A stretch of DNA of 20,497 bases from an uncultured Eubacteriales bacterium (GCA_964475435.1 CAYYWT010000015.1:1-20497); one strand, 5' to 3'. Counted from the first letter of the stretch, positions 8,351-15,158 are shown. Notes: generated from the letters alone by a model not told the origin. Numbers and translations: made by a program.

Positions 8351-8914
8351 CTATATTAATTTACAAAGTTCACTCCATACTTCTTCAAACTCTACCTTAT
8401 CACAAGCCGACCACATAGCCGCTCCTAAAAAAATTCTAGCAACAATTGTACTTCTAAGTTGCATCTTTTCCTGCATATATCCTACTACCGCAGAGTGGAA
8501 ATCAACTATTTTTTCTTCCAAATGTTCCTTAACTTTTACAGGATAATCATTTAAAGTAGATATGATATTTTTTAATTGTTTATTATCAATATCGTGAAAA
8601 TCTTTTCTAAGTATTTCATAAATACCTCTAAGTTGTTCTTTTACTACGTCATTACTATCAATGGCAATCTTTATTCTTTCAAATTGTTCATTAGTTTTTA
8701 TATCCATAATTTCCTTAAGTAAAGCTTCCTTAGATGGGAAATAATTATACACTGTTCCAAGTCCGATTTTACTTTTAAATGCAATTTTACGCATACTTAT
8801 AGTATCCATATTTTCTTTGATTAACATATCAGACGCAACTTTTAAAATCGCTTCCCTCACATTATCAAGTTTTTTCGGCAAAATTCTCACCTCTTTTTTG
8901 TGAACTGTGTTCAT
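8351..8914 (-). CDS. TetR/AcrR-family transcriptional regulator (probable true start TTG at 8881)
   Basis: The HTH block [28 protein letters not shown] is present. The ATG at 8914 lies inside an operator palindrome and has no good SD. The in-frame TTG at 8881-8879 is preceded by AAGAGGTGA (GAGGTG = 8893-8888) with a 6-nt spacing. Confidence 0.9.
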   Translation of the reverse strand: MNTVHKKEVRILPKKLDNVREAILKVASDMLIKENMDTISMRKIAFKSKIGLGTVYNYFPSKEALLKEIMDIKTNEQFERIKIAIDSNDVVKEQLRGIYEILRKDFHDIDNKQLKNIISTLNDYPVKVKEHLEEKIVDFHSAVVGYMQEKMQLRSTIVARIFLGAAMWSACDKVEFEEVWSELCKLI

Positions 8915-8934
8915 TTCTTTATGAACTTTGTTCA
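8901..8934. promoter_or_regulatory. Tandem 13-bp palindromic operators TGAACnnnGTTCA (probable TetR autoregulatory sites)
   Basis: tgaactgtgttca (8901-8913) and tgaactttgttca (8922-8934) have perfect 5-bp arms, with centres 21 bp apart. The second abuts or overlaps the -10 hexamer. Confidence 0.55.
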
Positions 8935-8962
8935 GTATAGCAAAATTTTAAGCTTTTGTCAA
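8934..8962 (-). promoter_or_regulatory. Sigma-A promoter of the tetR-efflux operon
   Basis: Minus strand: TTGACA (8962-8957), a 17-nt spacer, then TATACT (8939-8934). Confidence 0.7.
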
Positions 8963-8964
8963 TA

Positions 8965-9004
8965 GAAAAAACACCCACAATGTAAAAAATACATCGCAGG
9001 TGTT
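8965..9004 (-). terminator. Rho-independent terminator after the multidomain secreted protein gene
   Basis: Minus RNA forms ACACCUGCGAUGUA / UACAUUGUGGGUGU (14 bp including 3 G-U pairs) with a U-rich loop, followed by U6 (A-run 8965-8970). Confidence 0.75.
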
Positions 9005-9019
9005 TTAATAATATTTAGT

Positions 9020-10474
9020 CTAATCATTATTTTTATTCGTAAAAGTTATCGTACCTTCATTAAGCTCTCTCTCATTTATAAAAGTAATCGTTTTATCTTC
9101 ATTTACATATAAATCATATGCAATCGTCTTTACTGACGGATTTTCAGTCTCCCAACCACGCATATAAGAACACTTTATAGTACAACTTCCTTTCTTTACG
9201 CCAGTCACAACAAATTTATATATTCCGCCTTTGCCAACAAATCCTTCTTCATTTTCAGCAGGAATATACTCACTGCTAACATCTACTAGCTCAGCATCTG
9301 ATTCAATAATTCCCCAAGAATAACCGGTAGTAGGATTTCCATCAAGTTCGAATTCAAAACTTTCTAGGTTTGCACCTGATAAATCAATTTTTACAATTCC
9401 ATCCGATCCTGTATACTTAATTTCAGCCGAAGGCGTTCCAATAGCATAAGGTCCAACTTGATAAGGATTAAAATACATAACAAGAGAGTCATCAGTTAAA
9501 TAAAATTTAACATTACGCACTTCTTCAGTCAAATTCTTTTTAAACTCATCTAAATCCATTTCATATGGCTCATTGGTTAGAACATCTTCAAAAGTATTTT
9601 TTACAATTTTATCTGCATCTTCCTGTTCACAGTCTAATATATCCGTCAAACTTAGTTCTTTTTCCATTACCATTTGGAAAGTTCTAGATTCTTCAGAAGT
9701 ATTAGGATGAGCTCCATTAGTCTCTTCATAATTATGAGTAGTAATAGATAACATATTATTTCTATTAAGAGTCACTTCGTAAGATAAGCTAAATACCAAA
9801 GGTCTAAAATTTTCGCCTAACCCATCATACATAGACTTTAAATCATCATTCCAAGCCTCATCAATAGACGCAACATAGTCTTCGGCATTTTTCTTGTATT
9901 CGCTATTTATATATGTATAAAAAGCATTTTCTTCTTCTGAAACAATTACCGGATAAGCACAGTCTATACTCATAAGCATCTTACCATTGTCGTTATTAAC
10001 AACTTTAACTATGTTTTCAGTTTTTATTTTATATTGTCCTTGCTTTGAAGCGATATCAACAGTTCTAGTATCTCCATTCCACTTTACATTACACTCAAGA
10101 GCTTCCGAAACAGCTCTTAAAGGAACTAAAGTACGGCTATCAATGATCTCCGGAGCAACTTCTAATTCTTTAGTTTCGCCATTTACAGTCATACTATACT
10201 CACCAATTCTAAGTCTTATTAAATCTGAACCATGCCAAGCAGATACAAGCATTCCATCTTCATCATTTAAATAAGATACAGAACAACCAAGTTCTTCAAA
10301 AATTTTTCTAAACGGAACCATAGTACGCCCATTTTCAATAATTGGGTTAACATCAAATGCCAATTCCTCTCCGTCCAAGTTTACAATTACATCATTTTCA
10401 GATGCGAAAGCAGAATTACAAGATAAAACCATCATAGCACTTAAAATCCCGCAACTTAACTTCTTTAATTTCAT
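9020..10474 (-). CDS. Secreted multidomain protein: Cu-amine-oxidase N-terminal-like stalk domain, DUF4163/DUF3298 (RsiV-like) region, and C-terminal chagasin-type cysteine-peptidase inhibitor (I42) domain
   Basis: 484 aa with a signal peptide (MKLKKLSCGILSAMMVLSCNSAFA/SE). Two halves of the stalk repeat are present (NGRTMVPFRKIFEELGCSV... and SRTLVPLRAVSEALECNVKW). The middle region contains ...NGAHPNT...LSLTDIL. The C-terminus carries the I42 hallmark GNPTTGYSW plus ...VGKGGIYKFVV...YMRGWE. Confidence 0.8.
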   Translation of the reverse strand: MKLKKLSCGILSAMMVLSCNSAFASENDVIVNLDGEELAFDVNPIIENGRTMVPFRKIFEELGCSVSYLNDEDGMLVSAWHGSDLIRLRIGEYSMTVNGETKELEVAPEIIDSRTLVPLRAVSEALECNVKWNGDTRTVDIASKQGQYKIKTENIVKVVNNDNGKMLMSIDCAYPVIVSEEENAFYTYINSEYKKNAEDYVASIDEAWNDDLKSMYDGLGENFRPLVFSLSYEVTLNRNNMLSITTHNYEETNGAHPNTSEESRTFQMVMEKELSLTDILDCEQEDADKIVKNTFEDVLTNEPYEMDLDEFKKNLTEEVRNVKFYLTDDSLVMYFNPYQVGPYAIGTPSAEIKYTGSDGIVKIDLSGANLESFEFELDGNPTTGYSWGIIESDAELVDVSSEYIPAENEEGFVGKGGIYKFVVTGVKKGSCTIKCSYMRGWETENPSVKTIAYDLYVNEDKTITFINERELNEGTITFTNKNND

Positions 10475-10515
10475 AAAATCTCCTCTCTTTCATTTATCAT
10501 TTGTCCAACGAGAAT

Positions 10516-10544
10516 ATTTTACAATTTCAAAATATAAAAGTCAA
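10516..10544 (-). promoter_or_regulatory. Candidate promoter for the 9020-10474 gene
   Basis: Minus strand: TTGACT (10544-10539), a 17-nt spacer, then TAAAAT (10521-10516). Confidence 0.55.
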
Positions 10545-10614
10545 TAACTTACTTAAAACGCCATTATATTCTAAAACCAAAGAATTTTTCAACAGGAAAT
10601 TTTAGTACATTTTG

Positions 10615-11946
10615 TCATACATATTCATACTTTTTCCTATTAGCAATAAAGCAAATCACGCTGACAATAATCGCACATGCTTCAGCAATAACAGTCGCAA
10701 GCCATATTCCATTTATTCCCCATAATCTTGGTAAAATTAAAATTGCCAAAACTTGGAACACTAAAGTTCTTAAAAAAGATATAAGAGCAGATATAAAACC
10801 GTCATTTAATGCCGTAAAGAAAGAAGAAGCAAATATGTTAAACCAACTTATGATATAAGATAATGAATATAATCTTAGAGCATTAACAGTCAATTCCAGC
10901 AATTCCTTATCATACCCTACAAATATACTTGCAAGTGGTTTTGCAAAAATTTCAGCAAGAGCAGTCATAACAATTGCCGTAATTCCGAGCAATTTCACAC
11001 TTTTATTAAGTAATCCTTTCAATTCTTCTTTATTTTTAGCACCATAATGATAACTAATTACCGGCGCACTTCCGATAGAATATCCTACATAAGTACCAAC
11101 AAATAAAAATCCAACATACATTATTACCCCATAAGCGGACACGCCATTAGCTCCAACCAAGTCCATAAGTTGCTTATTAAACAAAATACTAACTAAAGAT
11201 AACGAAAGATTAGTAACCATCTCAGACGAACCATTAATACAAGTTTTTACTATCGGAGACAACTCGAAATTAGTCTTTCCAAGTCTTAACATAGTATTAT
11301 TTTTTCTAACAAAAAACACCATCGGAATACAAGCGCCAACAACCTGACTTGCAACTGTAGCCCAAGCTGCTCCGGCAACTCCCCATTTAAATAAATATAT
11401 GAATACAAAGTCTAAAATCATATTTGTAAGTCCGGCAATTATTGATATTCCAAGTCCAAAATTAGGTTTTTCAGCGGTAACCATAAATGACTGAAAGCTA
11501 TTTTGCAATGTATAAGCAACTAATCCAAACAAAAGAATTCTCCCATAAATCAAACAATCAGGCATCATCGTCGCATCTGCTCCAAGTAACCTTGCAATCG
11601 GTTCTAAAAAAAACAAACCAACCACAGTAAGAATTACGCCCAATATTATTTCTAAATAAACCAGCATTGAAAAATATCTATTTGCCCGATTTCTATCCCC
11701 TTCTCCAAGAGTTTTTGATATAATCGCACTACCACCTGTTCCTACCATAAAGCCTACTGTTCCCAAAATCATAATCGCAGGCATTATCAAATTAATAGCC
11801 GCAAACGCATTACTACCAACTATATTAGAAACAAATAAACCGTCTACTACACCGTAAATAGAAGTAAAAATCATCATTATTATCGTAGGCAACGTAAATT
11901 TAATCAATTTTTTATATGTAAAATGTTCTGACAAATTAATTTCCAT
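10615..11946 (-). CDS. MATE-family efflux transporter
   Basis: A 12-TM-like hydrophobic profile with the typical MATE N-terminus after the re-called start: MEINLSEHFTYKKLIKFTLPTIIMMIFTSIYGVVDGLFVS. The ORF-track start at 11985 is TTG. The ATG at 11946 has GGAGG (11959-11955) 8 nt upstream. It overlaps the stop of the upstream gene by 11 nt. Confidence 0.9.
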   Translation of the reverse strand: MEINLSEHFTYKKLIKFTLPTIIMMIFTSIYGVVDGLFVSNIVGSNAFAAINLIMPAIMILGTVGFMVGTGGSAIISKTLGEGDRNRANRYFSMLVYLEIILGVILTVVGLFFLEPIARLLGADATMMPDCLIYGRILLFGLVAYTLQNSFQSFMVTAEKPNFGLGISIIAGLTNMILDFVFIYLFKWGVAGAAWATVASQVVGACIPMVFFVRKNNTMLRLGKTNFELSPIVKTCINGSSEMVTNLSLSLVSILFNKQLMDLVGANGVSAYGVIMYVGFLFVGTYVGYSIGSAPVISYHYGAKNKEELKGLLNKSVKLLGITAIVMTALAEIFAKPLASIFVGYDKELLELTVNALRLYSLSYIISWFNIFASSFFTALNDGFISALISFLRTLVFQVLAILILPRLWGINGIWLATVIAEACAIIVSVICFIANRKKYEYV

Positions 11947-12562
11947 TATTTTTTCCTCCAAACCATTCTTTCGCATAATCCGCAAGCGAATTTATTATTT
12001 TCTTAATCTCAACATTTGACGTGTTTATACACAAACTATAATTTCTCTTATCATCCCACTCCATATTAGAAATCAAGTTATTAAAAGATTTTCTGCTTTT
12101 ATCAATTGCTTTAATTTTTTGCTCCAATTCTTTATCCGTTAAATTTTCATCTTCTTTCGCTTTTTCTCTACAACGTCTTATTTTAGAATCAATATCTGCA
12201 TAAACAAAAATATTCATCGGATTATATTCTCTTAAAATAAAATTAGCTCCTCTTCCAACTATAATCGCATTTCCCTTTTGAGCAATTTCTTTAATAATAC
12301 TTGCTTGTTTTACTAAAATTTCTGTTTGCTGACTTTGAGTAGAAGAATACACAGCAAACGATTTCGCAAATTGAAACGGATACGGATATACTCCCTTTTC
12401 TGAAATATTCTCTATATACTCTTCAGACATACCGGTCTCTTTAGCTAGTAATGTAATTATTTCAGAATCATAATAAGAATACCCTAGCTTATCTGCCAAA
12501 CGTTTACCTATTTCCCTTCCTCCACTGCCAAATTCTCTACTAATTGTAATAATTTTGTTCAT
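11936..12562 (-). CDS. Cytidylate-kinase-like family protein (P-loop, PF13189-like)
   Basis: The N-terminus, ITISREFGSGGREIGKRLADKLGYSYYDSEII, is characteristic of this family. Two ATGs are available (12568 and 12562). The SD AAAGGGGA is correctly spaced (7 nt) only for 12562. Confidence 0.85.
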   Translation of the reverse strand: MNKIITISREFGSGGREIGKRLADKLGYSYYDSEIITLLAKETGMSEEYIENISEKGVYPYPFQFAKSFAVYSSTQSQQTEILVKQASIIKEIAQKGNAIIVGRGANFILREYNPMNIFVYADIDSKIRRCREKAKEDENLTDKELEQKIKAIDKSRKSFNNLISNMEWDDKRNYSLCINTSNVEIKKIINSLADYAKEWFGGKNNGN

Positions 12563-12581
12563 ATTCATTCCCCTTTCACAT

Positions 12582-12619
12582 AAAAAAGCCCGATTATTTA
12601 ATTAAAAATAACCGAGCTC
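12582..12619 (-). terminator. Intrinsic terminator (attenuator) inside the 5' leader of the cytidylate-kinase-like/MATE operon
   Basis: Minus RNA forms GAGCUCGGUUAUUU / AAAUAAUCGGGCUU (about 14 bp with G-U pairs) with loop UUAAUU, followed by U6 (A-run 12582-12587). It ends only about 20 nt before the start codon. Confidence 0.6.
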
Positions 12620-12702
12620 ACTCGACATCTTATCGACTCATGTTTCAAAAAATGAAACGATGCTACGGCATCGAGTCCTCCGATGATTATACCTTTCCTA
12701 AC
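12620..12702 (-). promoter_or_regulatory. Structured 5' leader (candidate riboswitch or attenuator sensor domain), ligand unknown
   Basis: A three-way junction can be drawn. P1 is GACUC/GAGUC (12677-12673 with 12639-12635). It encloses the hairpins GAUGC-CGUA-GCAUC (12672-12659) and GUUUC-AUUUUUU-GAAAC (12658-12642). An alternative pairing, ACUCGA/UCGAGU, and a CGAG-UGAG-CUCG hairpin compete with the terminator 5' arm. Confidence 0.4.
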
Positions 12703-12708
12703 TTTTTT

Positions 12709-12737
12709 AGTTTAGCAAACAAGTAAAAACTTGTCAA
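12709..12737 (-). promoter_or_regulatory. Candidate promoter for the leader and cytidylate-kinase-like/MATE operon
   Basis: Minus strand: TTGACA (12737-12732), a 17-nt spacer, then TAAACT (12714-12709). Confidence 0.5.
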
Positions 12738-12766
12738 TAACAGCTTTTGCCAATTCTTTACTACAT

Positions 12767-12938
12767 GTTACAGGTCAGACTTAATTACTTATCAAAAGAT
12801 AATATCATTAGTTTTCCCGCTCAAACACGTCCTCGGTGAAAAATTCGATTAAATTCTTATTTTGAATTTTTCACCTGTGGAACTCGCTCTTTAAACTAAT
12901 GATATTATCTTTTTAAAACAAGTAGACTGAATAGTAAC
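12767..12938. mobile_element. 172-bp MITE-like non-autonomous element with imperfect terminal inverted repeats and an 8-bp target-site duplication
   Basis: The termini are gttacaggtcag... and ...ctgaatagtaac. A perfect direct repeat TACTACAT sits immediately outside both ends (12759-12766 and 12939-12946). The interior holds a perfect 21-bp inverted repeat (12794-12814 / 12893-12913) enclosing a perfect 12-bp one (12835-12846 / 12864-12875). A shorter related copy lies at 3406-3461. The element has no coding capacity. Confidence 0.65.
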
Positions 12939-12940
12939 TA

Positions 12941-14086
12941 CTACATAGCTTTCCTATATAAATTAATGAAATCATCTTTAGTAACCTCTCTTGGATTACC
13001 TGGCTTACACGGATCCTCCAACGCCTTATCTGCTAACATTCCTAAATCATCTTCTTTTACTCCGTAAGCTGAAATAGTCATATCAATTCCAACAGATTTA
13101 GATAATTCTTTAATCATATCTACAAATTTAGAAATAACTTCTTCTTTAGAATAGTCTTTTGCATTAACTCCTAAGGCAATTAAAATTTCTCTAAAACGTT
13201 CATAGCAAACTTCTCCGTTAAATTCCATAACTACCGGAAGTAACAATGCATTAGCAATTCCGTGAGGTGTATCATAAACAGCCCCTAATTGATGAGCCAT
13301 AGAATGAACTATTCCAAGTCCAACATTAGAAAATCCCATACCGGCAATATATTGAGCAAGTCCCATATTATTGATCGCTTCTTTATCTTTATCAACAACC
13401 GCTTTAGTTAAATTTTCAAAAATCATTTGAATAGCTTTCATATGAAACATATCAGACATTTCATTATGACCTAAAGTAATATATCCTTCAACAGCATGAG
13501 TCAAAGCATCCATTCCGGTTGCAGCCGCTAAAGATTTAGGCATAGACTCCATTAATTCAGAATCTACAATGGCTAAAATCGGAATACTGTTCGCATCTAC
13601 ACATACCATTTTAACTTGACGTTCTTCGTCCGTAATAACATAATTAATGGTTACCTCAGCAGCAGTTCCTGCAGTAGTAGGTAAAGCAATTAAAGGTAAA
13701 CCTCTATTTTTAGTATTAGATGCACCGTTTAATGAACGAACATCAGCTCTATCCGGATTAGTCATAACAATAGAAATTCCCTTAGCCGTATCAATACTTG
13801 AACCGCCTCCAACAGCAACTATAACGTCCGCATTAGCATTTTTACAAGCCATAACTCCATCAGTTACATTTTTTATAGTAGGATTCGGCTTGATATCACA
13901 AAATAGTGAATAATCAATTCCCGCATTTTTTAATGTGTCTTCAACTTTAGCTGTAACCCCAGCATCTACCAAAACCTTATCACTTACTAAGAGAACCTTC
14001 TTAAACCCCCTGTTTTTTATTTCATTACTTAAATTCTCTCTGGAATTTGCACCAAAATACGATGTTTCGTTTAACACAAATTTCAT
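12941..14086 (-). CDS. fucO: Iron-containing alcohol dehydrogenase, lactaldehyde reductase (1,2-propanediol oxidoreductase) type
   Basis: 381 aa with SD AGGAGGG. As I recall E. coli FucO, the two are collinear and closely similar: ...LNETSYFG..., GGGSSIDTAKGI, PLIALPTTAGTAAEVTINYVITDEE, GMDALTHAVEGYIT, GFSNVGLGIVHSMAHQLGAVYDTPHGIANA, PGNPRE. Confidence 0.88.
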   Translation of the reverse strand: MKFVLNETSYFGANSRENLSNEIKNRGFKKVLLVSDKVLVDAGVTAKVEDTLKNAGIDYSLFCDIKPNPTIKNVTDGVMACKNANADVIVAVGGGSSIDTAKGISIVMTNPDRADVRSLNGASNTKNRGLPLIALPTTAGTAAEVTINYVITDEERQVKMVCVDANSIPILAIVDSELMESMPKSLAAATGMDALTHAVEGYITLGHNEMSDMFHMKAIQMIFENLTKAVVDKDKEAINNMGLAQYIAGMGFSNVGLGIVHSMAHQLGAVYDTPHGIANALLLPVVMEFNGEVCYERFREILIALGVNAKDYSKEEVISKFVDMIKELSKSVGIDMTISAYGVKEDDLGMLADKALEDPCKPGNPREVTKDDFINLYRKAM

Positions 14087-14161
14087 AAAAAATCCCTCCT
14101 CATTTGAATAAATATAACACTAGTATTTTATATCGTATAGTAAAATATTTCAAGGAAAAAA

Positions 14162-14190
14162 ATTATACCAAACAAGATTAGTTTGAACAA
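14162..14190 (-). promoter_or_regulatory. Candidate promoter for fucO
   Basis: Minus strand: TTGTTC (14190-14185), a 17-nt spacer, then TATAAT (14167-14162). The -35 lies within the palindrome gtttgaacaaac (14181-14192). Confidence 0.55.
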
Positions 14191-14211
14191 ACTCTTTATT
14201 TTATATACAAT

Positions 14212-14240
14212 AAAAGAGGTGACATAAAGCCACCTCTTTC
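14212..14240 (-). terminator. Rho-independent terminator after the 2H phosphoesterase gene
   Basis: Minus RNA forms AAAGAGGUG / CACCUCUUU (9 bp, 14239-14231 with 14221-14213) and runs into UUUAUUGU. Confidence 0.7.
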
Positions 14241-14245
14241 ACTTT

Positions 14246-14971
14246 TCACTTTACAAAGGGCATAATATCAAAAAAACTATTCATATCAGTAAATTTCTGA
14301 TAGTACAAATGCTGTGTTGAAAGAGAAATATCAAAGTGAAATTTATTTAAATAATTAATCATTTTTTCAATTCCATCTAACTTTTCTCTATTCACTTCAT
14401 CTCTCCTATAATACGCTAACGTAATATGTGGAGTAAATTGATATGGTAACGGCTTAATGCTATCAACAAGCATGTATAACTGCATAAGTTTGTCATAATC
14501 AGTTTTAGACTTAGGAATTAAACCAAGAACCAAACTTGTATTTACCATATTAAACACACATGTTGTTTCCATATCAATATTTTCAACATTATATTTATTT
14601 CCTTTAAGTTTTTCTGCCAAAACAATCTCTGTTTCAAACATTTTTTCCATTATTTCGTAACTGTTATAATTCATTGCATTCAAATCATGCAGAGTCATAT
14701 GAATGGTTTGCTTAGAAAACTTCCATGCAAAACAATCTCCGGCTATTCCGTACAAAGGATCAATATATTGGGATTTAATCAATTCTTTCTGCGAATCTTG
14801 TAAGTTAAATACTACAGTATCTCCGATAAAACGACAAAAAGTACCGTCAGTATTCACTTTTCCTTTAACAGATTCACTCGGGACAAGACTTTCCATTCCA
14901 AAACAAAATTCAGGCTTCTCAAACGAATAAATTCGATTTTTAAAAGTGGTATAATCCTCATAATAGCTCAT
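14246..14971 (-). CDS. 2H phosphoesterase superfamily protein (LigT / cyclic phosphodiesterase-like)
   Basis: Two H-x-T-L motifs are spaced about 90 aa apart: TIHMTLHD (H99/T101) and TPHITLAY (H190/T192), in ORF-track numbering. The ORF-track start at 14995 is TTG. The ATG at 14971 (MSYYEDY...) has AGGAGG 7 nt upstream. Confidence 0.8.
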   Translation of the reverse strand: MSYYEDYTTFKNRIYSFEKPEFCFGMESLVPSESVKGKVNTDGTFCRFIGDTVVFNLQDSQKELIKSQYIDPLYGIAGDCFAWKFSKQTIHMTLHDLNAMNYNSYEIMEKMFETEIVLAEKLKGNKYNVENIDMETTCVFNMVNTSLVLGLIPKSKTDYDKLMQLYMLVDSIKPLPYQFTPHITLAYYRRDEVNREKLDGIEKMINYLNKFHFDISLSTQHLYYQKFTDMNSFFDIMPFVK

Positions 14972-15072
14972 ACAAAATCCTCCTGCTGTATCCAAAGATA
15001 AAAATAATTATCTTCTCGAGTCAAAAAACAACCTTCATTCTTTGCTAGGGCAAAAAAAAGCGTTTGTTTCAT
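14968..15072 (-). CDS. 34-aa upstream micro-ORF translationally coupled to the 2H phosphoesterase gene
   Basis: Not in the ORF track because it is too short. AGGAGG lies 10 nt upstream of the ATG (15072-15070). Translation: MKQTLFFALAKNEGCFLTREDNYFYLWIQQEDFV*. Its stop overlaps the downstream start as ATGA (14971-14968). Confidence 0.35.
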   Translation of the reverse strand: MKQTLFFALAKNEGCFLTREDNYFYLWIQQEDFV

Positions 15073-15129
15073 AATAAAACGTCCTCCTAAGTAAAAAATT
15101 AAGAATTTTAGATAAAAAACTACTCATTC

Positions 15130-15158
15130 ATAATAGCACACAAATCTAATTATGTCAA
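15130..15158 (-). promoter_or_regulatory. Candidate promoter for the micro-ORF / 2H phosphoesterase unit
   Basis: Minus strand: TTGACA (15158-15153), a 17-nt spacer, then TATTAT (15135-15130). Confidence 0.6.

Noticed and set aside
8319-8546. Plus-strand ORF 8319-8546
   Set aside because: Antisense to the ATPase 5' end and the TetR 3' end. No SD and no motif.
9987-10274. Plus-strand ORF 9987-10274
   Set aside because: Antisense shadow inside the multidomain secreted protein gene.
11947-11985. N-terminal extensions in the ORF track that begin at TTG or GTG codons (MATE 11985, SBP 3333, 2H 14995, MTase 20488)
   Set aside because: Each has an internal ATG with a well-spaced GGAGG/AGGAGG-type SD. 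In the MTase case the frame simply continues off the window. The longest-ORF starts are artefacts.
12686-12691. UAUAAU in the leader, considered as the J1/2 of a purine riboswitch or as the real -10 box
   Set aside because: The rest of the purine aptamer consensus (the UAUGG L2 motif and the GUUUCUACC J2/3-P3 motif) is absent. No acceptable -35 lies 16-19 nt upstream. The TTGACA-17-TAAACT promoter further upstream fits better.
12711-12735. Hairpin acaagt-aaaa-acttgt, considered as the fucO terminator
   Set aside because: It has only a 6-bp stem and no U tract on the minus strand, and it overlaps the -35 region and spacer of the predicted downstream promoter. The MITE-internal hairpins are more likely to end the fucO transcript.
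13647-13913. Plus-strand ORF 13647-13913
   Set aside because: Antisense shadow inside fucO, whose minus-strand product has unmistakable Fe-ADH motifs.
14703-14930. Plus-strand ORF 14703-14930
   Set aside because: Antisense shadow inside the 2H phosphoesterase gene.
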